Source: an uncultured virus (IMG/VR IMGVR_UViG_3300030372_004155)
Taxonomy: Duplodnaviria; Heunggongvirae; Uroviricota; Caudoviricetes
Strand: one strand, 5' to 3'
Virus record (IMG/VR): IMGVR_UViG_3300030372_004155
Length of the DNA: 20,000 nt
In this document: positions 1 to 10,209 of the stretch, piece by piece
Position numbering within the stretch: position 1 is the stretch's first letter
Layout: the number at the start of each line of letters is the position of its first letter
Position numbers and translations under genes: made by a program
Notes under the pieces: model-generated
What the model was told of the DNA's origin: nothing
What the model saw: the letters and a program-made list of their open reading frames with translations, nothing else
Databases searched by the model: none

Positions 1-3000
1 CCAATACTTAATATGCTGTAATCAATGCTTGTACTTCCAAATCCTACAGGTGACTCTGGGAATATAGTTGTAGTAATACCAGACCCATCTGGACATGTAA
101 ATGCTAAACCAGCTAACTTGACTTGAGCAATGATACCTGCTTCAAAATTATGTGCTTCTTGTGTAGTAATTTGTAATACACCAGTTTCATTATTATACGT
201 GGAGGTAGTAATAGAAATAGCAGGCCCTGTAGTAGCAATACCTACAACATTAGTGATAATTCCATTAGAATCTTTTTCTAAGTATGCTCGTGCTCCTACT
301 GCTGGTGCATATCCCAATCCTGGTGTAGATCCGAGAGAAATAATTAAACCCCCTCTCGGCAATTCATTTTGATTTACATCAATATCACTAATAATAACTG
401 GATCATCACTAGATGTCCTAATACCTGTAAATCTTACACTACTTATTCCACTACTTATATCTTCTTGAACTTGGAAATTATTGGAAGGATTATTATCAGC
501 AGTAGGTGATTGGAAAATATTACTAATTAATAATAACCCATTACCCCCAGTAGTTCCCAGTCCTACAGTATTAACTCCTGTATTCGTTAAGGTATATGTT
601 TCACCAATTCCAGTAAATTGATCTGAAATATCATCATAGACCTGATTAGTATCATAATTATCTCTTAAATAAACTCTTCCCCCAAAATCTGAAGTTGCAT
701 AATTTAAATTACTAGAATTCTTGATTAATTGAGGATTTCCTTTAGGAGGATCAGTAAACCATATCTCCTCACCATCAATATTATAAGATCCTCTGTAAAG
801 ATTAATAGTCGATGAATTTGTATGATTAGTTGAAGCCGATCCAATAAATCCTCTTTCAACTTCTACAAGATTTGTAGTACCAATACCGACTATTGGACCA
901 ACAGTAGTTTCTCCAACACCAACATTAATAACTTTCATATATTCATTATCAATTTTTATTATATCAGAAGAAGTTAATGATGAAATTCCACTTAGAGAGA
1001 ATATAGTTCTTGTGGTACTAATTCCAGTACTAGCATCATCAGTATTATTCTCTAAAGTATATGACAACGGTACAAAAGCTATTGGAGACTGAATTACATT
1101 ATCAATGGTAATAATAGATTTTGTATTACTCTTTGCCATTTCAAATTGATGGGCATTTCCTGTTCCAATTCCCACAAAAGTAACGGCACTTCCACCTCTA
1201 GTTGTAGATATTTGAAAAGTATCAGCACTATCCCTAATAGCAAAAACTGAAGACGGTAATTGATCAATAGCTCCTGTAGAACTCTGATATAACATTGGAG
1301 TGGATCCTACACCAACAAATGTAGATCTAGGAGTGTAAATTAATTCTTCATCAGTTCTAAAGAAATGATTATCAATATTAAATTTAGTATCACTAAGTGC
1401 GATAACAGTAGAATCAGCAGGATTGAATATTTTAGCAAAAATAGGAGTATTATTTGATTTTAAAACAAAATTACTTTTATTAATTCGGGAACCATTAGGT
1501 GCATTAAACGAATATAAATTAAATGATTGTACTGCTGAACCATATGTTAAATCTGGTACATTAGAAGAATTGCTAAAATCATTTTCTGTATATAAAACTT
1601 CATTTAAAGAAGAAACTTGGATATTATCAGTTATAAATTCAGTCTCAGGATAGAATTTTAATACAAAGTCATTAGAAACATATTCAGCACCAAAAGTTCC
1701 AATTCCTAACCGTGTATCAACTTCAATATCCCCTGCATTAGAAAGAATTGGTCCGGGTTGAATATAAACATCTGTACCATCATGATTCATCATAAGTTGA
1801 TGCACAGCTCTAGTAGAACCAACACTTACTTCAACTATAGATTTGCTTGCATTAAATAAAGACTTATCTAAAATAACAGCAGTAGTAGTTCCTACACCAA
1901 CAACATAATTTGATTGATAAATCAAACTTCTTTCAGAACCTACTGGTTCACTAGGAGATGAGAATCTATACGTATCAGTTCCACTTGAAGTTGATCCAAA
2001 ACCAACTACACTGGAACTATATTTAATTTCATCAGTTAAATTATTTACATATTGTAAAGAGAATATTGATCCAGTCAAATCACCTTTAAATGACCCCATT
2101 AAAGTTTCAGAATAACTCGTTACCTCACTATGAGTATCTACATAATAATCTGCAATATAAGTATCAGTTCCATCATGAGTAACATATAATTCAACATAAT
2201 TCATCTGAGATGTTGTTTGATTAACTAGATGTGTTTTTACATGTAGTGAATTATATTTGGTAGAATCTACACTTATAATAGAAGATGTAGTCACTCCCAG
2301 AACACTATCAACTGTAGCTATTCCAACAGCTCCTGTAAGATTAATAAATCCTAATGATTGAGTTCCAATACCTGTATTACTTAAAAAATCTAATTCAAGT
2401 GATTTGATATCATAATCAAAATCAAGACTATTAGGTAAAGGAGTAAATCTTAAATAGTTCTCACCCAATCCAGTGCTTTCAATGTCAAATGATCCAATAG
2501 GGCCTTCATCCTCTAAATCACCTTTTTGTAAAAGAATAGAATTGGATCCATTATTCAACAATACCAATTCTGTAAGTTGAACATCAGTATTATCTAAATT
2601 ACTAATTCTAAATAAGATATTCTTAAATGAGATATTAGAATCTATTTGTAAAATATTAAGATAATCCGTTAAATCACTTGATAAATTGGAAAATTGATCT
2701 TTAATATTATCAATTTTTAAAACTTCATTACTTTTAGCTAAAGTATATGCAGTAAAAACTTTATTTGGTGTTTTTATAGCGTTAGACGAATTTCCAGATC
2801 CTAAATCTAAAGCATATGCATAATTATAAACTGTATCTACTCTATTATCTCCAATAATATCTTGAACAGAAATTGAAAAATCTGTACTACCTATTCCAAC
2901 TAATGATGTTGATGTAATTCCTGTATTAGCAAAATTCTTAAGACCACTAGTATGGAGTAAAGAAGAAACAGGACTCCTTAATTGATCAAAAGTACGGGTA

Positions 3001-6000
3001 CTCTGAACAGTATATGACATATTTTGATAATAATCATTATTAGGAGTAACTTGAGTATCTAAATTCAATGATCCAATATCATCAGACCATCCAATATCTT
3101 TTTTAACCATATAATTTACTGAAAATCTACCAAAATTCTCAGTGATATTATTAATAGTAGCTGTAGTACCTGAATCCTTTCCTGTTATTATTTCTCCAAC
3201 ACTCAATCTATAAGTACCAGAAACTTTAATATAGTCACTTTCAGTACTTGTAATAATTAAATCTCTTTCAATATCGTTAGATATAATTTTTTCACCTGTA
3301 TTGAAGAAAGATGGAACTAAATTAGATACAAATGTAGGATAATTAATTTTGTTAATAAGAGAAGGTATGTTAGATTGATCTGTAACTGCTATACCAGTAT
3401 TGGTACTTATTCCTGCTAAATCTATAGTGACTGAATCATTACTTCCAGTTGCAGCTACCGTATATGCACTAACCTTAGCAAATCTATATCCAAAATCTGG
3501 AGAGTTGAATCCTGAACCACCAACACTAACAGGATCATACTGTACAATATTTTCAACAAATACTTCATCACCAACCTTGAAAGGTGCTGTTCCAAATCCT
3601 GCTGAAGGAGTGTTTATAAAACATGTAAATATTCCAGTTGAATTAGAAGAAATGGTACTAATAGAAACTCCATTAGTATTTTGTATAGCAAATAATTCTA
3701 TTCCACCACTAGGAAGGCCACTTGGAAGGACTATAGGATCAACGCTAGATATTGTAGTATTAGTTAATACTGCTTCAAGAAGACCATTTTTAATTATCTC
3801 TCTGGTAGTAGGATTAATTATTTTAATAAGAGGAGGAATTATATAATTATTTCCACCAGAAGTTACTGTAATAATACCCACTGTATTGGAATTTTCAATA
3901 ACAATAAGTGGAGAGATATAAGCAGAGGGTTGTAATGTCTTATCAGAAGAATATTCAAATCCCTCATTAATAATTCTTACTTTATTAGAATTACCAACAT
4001 TGGTTGATTTAGCAACAATAGATCCACCTGTTCCTTCTGTAGAGGAAGATCCAACAAAATTTGGCAATTTTTGATAATTAATTCCACCAGATAAAATACT
4101 GACATTATTAATACCACCTTTTGCTGTTAAAGACGAAGTAGTATACTCTAAAGAGTCACACTCAGAAGGATTGTAAGATAGTTTTTCAGGTATTTCTTTT
4201 AATGATACATCAAAGGTTGTGTCACCCACTCCAATAATACTATAAGAAGAAATATAAGAACTGTCAGTAAAGATTATTTCTGAATAATTGGGAGAATCAG
4301 TGTCTGTGGTACTAATAAATCCTGATTTTTCTATATTATAAAATAATTTTTGTGGTAATGTATTATCGTAATTAATGGTAGAAGTAGCATTAGTAGAAAT
4401 TCCTACAGTTCCAAATCCTACAACATCAAATATTGTAGAAGCAGTAGAAACAAATTCATTCTTAAACTCATTATCATAATATAATTTAAATTCATAATCT
4501 TTCAATGAGGAATGAGATAAATCAAAAACTAAATTATTATTTTTTAGAGTTGAAAGTTGTGGGTTTACTTGTGAAATAATTTGATCAACTCCACCAGTAG
4601 ATCCAAACCCTACGGTAACTGGAGGATTGCTATTTACATCAACAGAAGTTGCTGATAATTGTATTGTATTTTCATCAACTTTATAAACATAGTAACTTGT
4701 AGAGGATATTCCACTTGGGAAAAGATCCGCAGAATAGGCTATTTTATCCCCAGTTGTTAATGCATGAGAACTTAAAGTCAATTCATTAGTGATAGTATTA
4801 ATACCTGTAGAATTAAATCCTATAGGATTGACTAAAATATAACCTGTACTATCCTGTCTTTGTAAAACAACTGCTGTAGAAGTTCCAATACCAACAGATA
4901 AATTTGGTTTGATATTTAAATCAATGATATCATCTCTTTTTAAATTGTGGGAAGTGGATAATGATACAGTTGTTTTAATTCTTTCTACCTTTCCTGTTAC
5001 TTGAAGATAATTACTCTCAAAAGTATAATTATCAAAATTATCACCACCGCTACGGAAATAAACATCCGAGAACATTGTTCCAATACCAGTTTTTATTCCA
5101 ATCCTATTTGCAGATTTATCAGACACATATAATGTAGAAGGTAATGTAAAGGGAGAACTTGTAGGTGAAGTTGAAATTGAAATATTTCCAGTCGTTCCAG
5201 CTGAATAACTTATTTGTTCATTTTCACTGAACGGATGATTTTCAAGATAAATTTGCTGAGTAGGAACATCTCTAATAATACTTACATTAGCAAAATCAAA
5301 GGTCATAGTAGAAGTTATTCCCGTTATTGTACCAAAACCTATGGCTTTTGTAGGATTAAAGAAAACTTTATTATTAACTTTAGAATCAAATATATTAACT
5401 GACCCTTTAATATTAAATGAATCAGGTATAAACGATACTCGAGAAGTGGCTGTATGAGATATTCCAGTAGCACCTCTTTCAACTCTTAATAAATTGTTAT
5501 TTCTATAAAATTCTAACAATTTTAAGGTTTCATCTCCAATTTTAATACTACTTCCTACAGAAACATTCTCAGGAATCCTAGAAACCCATATTTCAGTACT
5601 TACACCCACTATGGATGAAACTGATCCCAGTGGATATGTCAGAGATGCCATTGAAGTAGTTAATCCTACCATATTAGGACCATTTAATTCTGACAATTGA
5701 GTAGAAAGGCCAGAAACTATAATATTATCATTATTTTCCCAATTATGAGATGGTAATATATTAACTTTTACATTTTGACTATCCACCCACGTAAATACCA
5801 CATCACTATAAGAACTAGTTCCAGTACTTACATTTACAATATTTTTACCTTTTAATGATGAAACTTTGGAAATTAATCCACTACCATTAGTATTAATATC
5901 ATCAAATATTAAAGAATCATTAATTTTATAATTATCACCTGAAGAAATTACCAATAATTGATCAATTGAACCAGATGTTACTGATTCTATAACAGCTTTT

Positions 6001-9000
6001 TGTCTAGAAATCTCATTTGTCTCAATTATAAAGTCATTATCAGCATTTTTATCAGAAACTTTATAGGGAAATGTGTTTCTAATAAGATCAGATTGTGAAA
6101 AATCAAAAGATTGATCAATATTTTGAGTTAATGGTATAGATCTATAAGAATTACCTATAAAATAAGGAAATTTTGGAACTATAGGAGCAACACTATCATC
6201 TACAGTTGCAAAATACGCATAAATTCCATCAGGAAATTCGGGAGTTTTACTAAATCTTCCATTATTTCGATCTAAATCTCCAGAATTGTTAAATTTATAG
6301 TCCTCTACAAAAAATCCACCAATAAAATCAGTAGTTGACGGTCTATCAAAAACATTAGAAGTGTCAATTACATAACCTGGTTCTAATTTTTTGACTGAAG
6401 AAGCAATATTTGGATCTGTATATCCATAAGGACCATAAATTGGGTTACCATCATAAGCCCATCCAATGATTTTAGAAGCTTCTGTAGCATCTTCATTGAA
6501 TGAATTTATATAATTTTGATTATACCCACTTACACTATATCCCAAATCATTGTTAGTTGGTAATAATAATTCACTACTTTGGTATTTTTTACTTATATCA
6601 ATACTCAATGATCTTATATTAACATCAATAAGAGTATTTTTTCCTGCAGAAACAACATTTATTGAGGTATCTATACTAGAATATCCAATTCCTGGATTAA
6701 TAATCTCTACATCAGATATTCTATTATTGCTAATAATAGGTCTTAAGGCAGCTCCACTCCCTTTACCACTAGAATCTATCACATTTAAGTCTGGAATAGA
6801 GAAATATTGCTCCCCACCAAATTGAAGATTAACAGAATCAATTCTACCATTGACTATTATGGGTTCTAATTGAGCATTTTTACCTGTTTTTATGGAAATT
6901 ATTGGTTTATTTTCAAAATTTAATACAGAAGAACCATATCCCGTCCCAGTTTCATAAAGATAAGCATCAATAATGGATCCTCTTACTGTTGGGGTAAGAA
7001 TTATGGTTTCTACAGTCTGAGTAGTGGTTCCAAATCCAACAGGAGCGTAGTCTAAAGAGGCTATAATGTCTGGATAAGCGAAATTATGATAACCAGTTCC
7101 AGTAGATCCTAAACTTACATAATTTTTTGATATATAATTGCTTCTTATTGTTCCTCCAATACCTCCATCAGTCAATTTAAAGGAATTGTCATCAATTTTA
7201 TTGATTTGGTATTGATTTGTAGTTGTCAATCCCGATACAGCTGTTCCAGTACTAGAATATTCTACTATTTCACCATCCTTAAATCCATGATTAGTAAAAT
7301 TAACAGTATTATAAGCACTTGAAATGCCACTAGGTTTAACAATTAACTTTCTATTTGTAAAAGTTCCTCCATTTACGACTTCAACACCGACAATTGAAGT
7401 TTGATTGGGAAGAGTTGAAAATTTATGGATTCCTGCAAGACTTGTTGTACCAAATCCTACAGTATTGATCCCTGATATAGAATCATTAATAGAAGAATAT
7501 AATTGAATAGTGGTATTGTTAATAACACTTACAAAATAAGATGAATTATTAACTAGAGAAGAAACTCCTATCCCAAGACCTATCCCATTATTTCCATTAG
7601 ACTTATAAATTACATGTTGATTATTCCTAAATGCATGATTTGTAAGAAATGTAATTTCATTTGTCGTGGTATTAATTCCTCCAGCATTAGTAGTTGACCT
7701 CCCATCAAAACTAACATCCCTAGACTTCTTAATGATCAATGGATTTAATATAGCATTACCATTTCCCCCAGTAACACCAATAGATACAACTCTTTCAATA
7801 TCAAATCCTTGAGGATCTACATCAATTTTTGTAATTGTACCACTAACTACTGGTTGCAATAATGCGGTAATACCAAGACCTGGTGCAATATCTACTTGAG
7901 GAAGATTAATAACATCATAATTACTTCCTCCATTTAAAATATTTACATTTTCCAATGGGCCATAATAAATTTTATCGTTAGATTTATAATTAGTAATCTC
8001 TACTCCATCAATTAACATTCCAATTGATCCTGGAGATGTTTCAACTTGATTTCCTCTATTAATAGTGGAGTCTAAAGAGAATTTTTTAAGTAATTTCTGG
8101 GGGCCTATTATATCTGCTTTTTGAGAATCTAAGGTAAATCTATGTCCACCAGTATTAATACCACTACTAGTAGATGAAACATTCAGCTCTATAAAATTAG
8201 TACCATCTACAAAAGATCTAGATGTATACAACTTCATCTCTTTGGTAGTGGTTCCTATTCCAACATAATAAGATCCTGTATCTAACCCAATATAAGGAGT
8301 TTGCCATGATTCGGGTTCATAATAAACTTTATCACCATCTATAAATTTTAATTCATTATTAAATTGGAGGGTTTTGTAATTATTAGTTACAGGATTCTTC
8401 TCCGTCAATCCAGCTGCTACAACGGATTGAATATTAACTCCTATAGTATTAATATAATTGGATACACTAAGTCCACTTCTTCCTGATGGTAAGGAATTGG
8501 ATGCAATATAAGTAGTATGAGCACTCCCAACATACAAATTCTGAACATCAGAAAGTATCTTTCCATCTTTTAATGGTACTATATCACTAAATGCAGTATT
8601 AATTCTTCTCCTAATATCATATACTCCATCTGTCGCTACAAGATTTGTATTATCACTTAAAGTTATGTCTTTACTATCAACAATATTATCAATTTTTAGA
8701 TTACCATCTCCCCCAAATACAACATTATTTGAGTTAGATTCAACTATTTCAACATAATCATCTATTTTAAGACTTGATTTATCAGTATCTCCCTTGGTTG
8801 TACAAGAAGCATTGTTTATATTAGATAATTTATATCTTACACTGGTATTGTATATCCATGAATTTGCAAAAATTTCTTTATAAGTCTTATTAGTGGCAGG
8901 ATTTTCAATTAAATCCCCAATATTACTAACACTAATGATCTGACCTTCATCTATAGTAATATTTTTAGATATTTGATTGAAATCTGATAAAACTCCAGTC

Positions 9001-10208
9001 AGTCTTAACTGAACTTTTGTACCATTAATATCACCATCCTCATAACCAAAATAAATATCATCATTTCTTACAACATCTGCAGTTTGTATTGATGCTCCAA
9101 TACCTGTACATCCAAAAAATTGATTAATACTCTTACTAGTATAATTAATGGATGTATTAACCCCAGAAATAATAGTACCTGTAACTCCAAATCCTACAGT
9201 AGAATCAACAGGTATTGTGGAAGCTCCAGCACCCACATTTTCTAATACTTTAGATGCTGGTGTAATACTAAAATTACCTTGTATGGTTGATGCTGATTCA
9301 TCATAACCCATAAAAAGTGAAATTTTATAATATTGCTTGTTTTCGGTTAAAGCTACTCCAACTCTAGTAAAAGGTTCAACTTCAGAAATAGATGCATTTG
9401 TATTTAAATCCGATTCTTTAAATATTGTTTGACCAACCAATTTGGAAGGATCACCAGCAATTAAATCCGCTATTATTATTTCTCTTCTAACATAATCAGC
9501 TGAGGATGGCTTAAGTAAATAATCCTCTAAATTAATAACTTTAGGGGTTTCACCATAAAGAACATTAAATAATATCCTAAATGATTCATTCGTACCTTTT
9601 GACTCATATAATGATCTAGCATTTTTTATAAAATTGCCAGCATCTACATCAGATGCAAAAGAAACGTCTTCTAAACCAGGTGTTAAGGTTGATTTTTGTT
9701 TCTTATAAAATTCTCTAAGAAATAAAGAACTTAGGTTTTGTATAGATGCATCTGCATCATGTGATTCTGCTGTAGTATCACTAAAAATTAAATCTCCCTT
9801 ATTTAATTCTTGATGATAACTTGTAATACCACAAAATCCCCTAATACATCCTGTAAAAGTATTTGTAGTTAATCCAGTATATGTAATAATCTCACTACCA
9901 ATCTTTAGTAGTCCATATTCATTTGGAAATCCCTTAGTGGTGGAAACTTCAATAGTATTAGCATCACTACTAATACCAACACTCAATGTAGTAGAGTCAA
10001 TAACTACATTAGGTGTTAAATTATCTAATTTTAAATATTGATCTAAATTATCTGTAATATCAACGGTACCACCTTGATATTCTTGAGAAATATAATATTG
10101 TTTTAAAAAATCTACCGTAGTGGGAGATTCGCTTAACACAAAATCAGGTAATTGGTTATCAATTATTTCCTGAATCTTAACTTTAGATTCAAAACCAGTC
10201 TGTATCAT
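1..10208 (-). CDS. gp7: Giant baseplate wedge initiator / virion structural protein (cyanophage gp7-like), 3' end outside the window, >3,400 aa
   Basis: ATG at 10208, just after the gp6 stop. N-terminus MIQTGFESKVKIQEIIDNQLPDFVLSESPTTVDFLKQYYISQEYQGG resembles cyanophage gp7. The same frame reads protein-like at the left edge (VKLAGLAFTCPDGSGITTTIFP). The ORF track lists no closed minus-strand ORF here, consistent with no internal stop. G/S/T-rich, with a GWAYDGNPIYGPYGY segment. Gene order gp25-gp6-gp7. Confidence 0.88.
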   Translation of the reverse strand, partial: MIQTGFESKVKIQEIIDNQLPDFVLSESPTTVDFLKQYYISQEYQGGTVDITDNLDQYLKLDNLTPNVVIDSTTLSVGISSDANTIEVSTTKGFPNEYGLLKIGSEIITYTGLTTNTFTGCIRGFCGITSYHQELNKGDLIFSDTTAESHDADASIQNLSSLFLREFYKKQKSTLTPGLEDVSFASDVDAGNFIKNARSLYESKGTNESFRILFNVLYGETPKVINLEDYLLKPSSADYVRREIIIADLIAGDPSKLVGQTIFKESDLNTNASISEVEPFTRVGVALTENKQYYKISLFMGYDESASTIQGNFSITPASKVLENVGAGASTIPVDSTVGFGVTGTIISGVNTSINYTSKSINQFFGCTGIGASIQTADVVRNDDIYFGYEDGDINGTKVQLRLTGVLSDFNQISKNITIDEGQIISVSNIGDLIENPATNKTYKEIFANSWIYNTSVRYKLSNINNASCTTKGDTDKSSLKIDDYVEIVESNSNNVVFGGDGNLKIDNIVDSKDITLSDNTNLVATDGVYDIRRRINTAFSDIVPLKDGKILSDVQNLYVGSAHTTYIASNSLPSGRSGLSVSNYINTIGVNIQSVVAAGLTEKNPVTNNYKTLQFNNELKFIDGDKVYYEPESWQTPYIGLDTGSYYVGIGTTTKEMKLYTSRSFVDGTNFIELNVSSTSSGINTGGHRFTLDSQKADIIGPQKLLKKFSLDSTINRGNQVETSPGSIGMLIDGVEITNYKSNDKIYYGPLENVNILNGGSNYDVINLPQVDIAPGLGITALLQPVVSGTITKIDVDPQGFDIERVVSIGVTGGNGNAILNPLIIKKSRDVSFDGRSTTNAGGINTTTNEITFLTNHAFRNNQHVIYKSNGNNGIGLGIGVSSLVNNSSYFVSVINNTTIQLYSSINDSISGINTVGFGTTSLAGIHKFSTLPNQTSIVGVEVVNGGTFTNRKLIVKPSGISSAYNTVNFTNHGFKDGEIVEYSSTGTAVSGLTTTNQYQINKIDDNSFKLTDGGIGGTIRSNYISKNYVSLGSTGTGYHNFAYPDIIASLDYAPVGFGTTTQTVETIILTPTVRGSIIDAYLYETGTGYGSSVLNFENKPIISIKTGKNAQLEPIIVNGRIDSVNLQFGGEQYFSIPDLNVIDSSGKGSGAALRPIISNNRISDVEIINPGIGYSSIDTSINVVSAGKNTLIDVNIRSLSIDISKKYQSSELLLPTNNDLGYSVSGYNQNYINSFNEDATEASKIIGWAYDGNPIYGPYGYTDPNIASSVKKLEPGYVIDTSNVFDRPSTTDFIGGFFVEDYKFNNSGDLDRNNGRFSKTPEFPDGIYAYFATVDDSVAPIVPKFPYFIGNSYRSIPLTQNIDQSFDFSQSDLIRNTFPYKVSDKNADNDFIIETNEISRQKAVIESVTSGSIDQLLVISSGDNYKINDSLIFDDINTNGSGLISKVSSLKGKNIVNVSTGTSSYSDVVFTWVDSQNVKVNILPSHNWENNDNIIVSGLSTQLSELNGPNMVGLTTSMASLTYPLGSVSSIVGVSTEIWVSRIPENVSVGSSIKIGDETLKLLEFYRNNNLLRVERGATGISHTATSRVSFIPDSFNIKGSVNIFDSKVNNKVFFNPTKAIGFGTITGITSTMTFDFANVSIIRDVPTQQIYLENHPFSENEQISYSAGTTGNISISTSPTSSPFTLPSTLYVSDKSANRIGIKTGIGTMFSDVYFRSGGDNFDNYTFESNYLQVTGKVERIKTTVSLSTSHNLKRDDIIDLNIKPNLSVGIGTSTAVVLQRQDSTGYILVNPIGFNSTGINTITNELTLSSHALTTGDKIAYSADLFPSGISSTSYYVYKVDENTIQLSATSVDVNSNPPVTVGFGSTGGVDQIISQVNPQLSTLKNNNLVFDLSHSSLKDYEFKLYYDNEFKNEFVSTASTIFDVVGFGTVGISTNATSTINYDNTLPQKLFYNIEKSGFISTTDTDSPNYSEIIFTDSSYISSYSIIGVGDTTFDVSLKEIPEKLSYNPSECDSLEYTTSSLTAKGGINNVSILSGGINYQKLPNFVGSSSTEGTGGSIVAKSTNVGNSNKVRIINEGFEYSSDKTLQPSAYISPLIVIENSNTVGIITVTSGGNNYIIPPLIKIINPTTREIIKNGLLEAVLTNTTISSVDPIVLPSGLPSGGIELFAIQNTNGVSISTISSNSTGIFTCFINTPSAGFGTAPFKVGDEVFVENIVQYDPVSVGGSGFNSPDFGYRFAKVSAYTVAATGSNDSVTIDLAGISTNTGIAVTDQSNIPSLINKINYPTFVSNLVPSFFNTGEKIISNDIERDLIITSTESDYIKVSGTYRLSVGEIITGKDSGTTATINNITENFGRFSVNYMVKKDIGWSDDIGSLNLDTQVTPNNDYYQNMSYTVQSTRTFDQLRSPVSSLLHTSGLKNFANTGITSTSLVGIGSTDFSISVQDIIGDNRVDTVYNYAYALDLGSGNSSNAIKTPNKVFTAYTLAKSNEVLKIDNIKDQFSNLSSDLTDYLNILQIDSNISFKNILFRISNLDNTDVQLTELVLLNNGSNSILLQKGDLEDEGPIGSFDIESTGLGENYLRFTPLPNSLDFDYDIKSLELDFLSNTGIGTQSLGFINLTGAVGIATVDSVLGVTTSSIISVDSTKYNSLHVKTHLVNQTTSQMNYVELYVTHDGTDTYIADYYVDTHSEVTSYSETLMGSFKGDLTGSIFSLQYVNNLTDEIKYSSSVVGFGSTSSGTDTYRFSSPSEPVGSERSLIYQSNYVVGVGTTTAVILDKSLFNASKSIVEVSVGSTRAVHQLMMNHDGTDVYIQPGPILSNAGDIEVDTRLGIGTFGAEYVSNDFVLKFYPETEFITDNIQVSSLNEVLYTENDFSNSSNVPDLTYGSAVQSFNLYSFNAPNGSRINKSNFVLKSNNTPIFAKIFNPADSTVIALSDTKFNIDNHFFRTDEELIYTPRSTFVGVGSTPMLYQSSTGAIDQLPSSVFAIRDSADTFQISTTRGGSAVTFVGIGTGNAHQFEMAKSNTKSIITIDNVIQSPIAFVPLSYTLENNTDDASTGISTTRTIFSLSGISSLTSSDIIKIDNEYMKVINVGVGETTVGPIVGIGTTNLVEVERGFIGSASTNHTNSSTINLYRGSYNIDGEEIWFTDPPKGNPQLIKNSSNLNYATSDFGGRVYLRDNYDTNQVYDDISDQFTGIGETYTLTNTGVNTVGLGTTGGNGLLLISNIFQSPTADNNPSNNFQVQEDISSGISSVRFTGIRTSSDDPVIISDIDVNQNELPRGGLIISLGSTPGLGYAPAVGARAYLEKDSNGIITNVVGIATTGPAISITTSTYNNETGVLQITTQEAHNFEAGIIAQVKLAGLAFTCPDGSGITTTIFPESPVGFGSTSIDYSILSI

Positions 10209-10209
10209 A

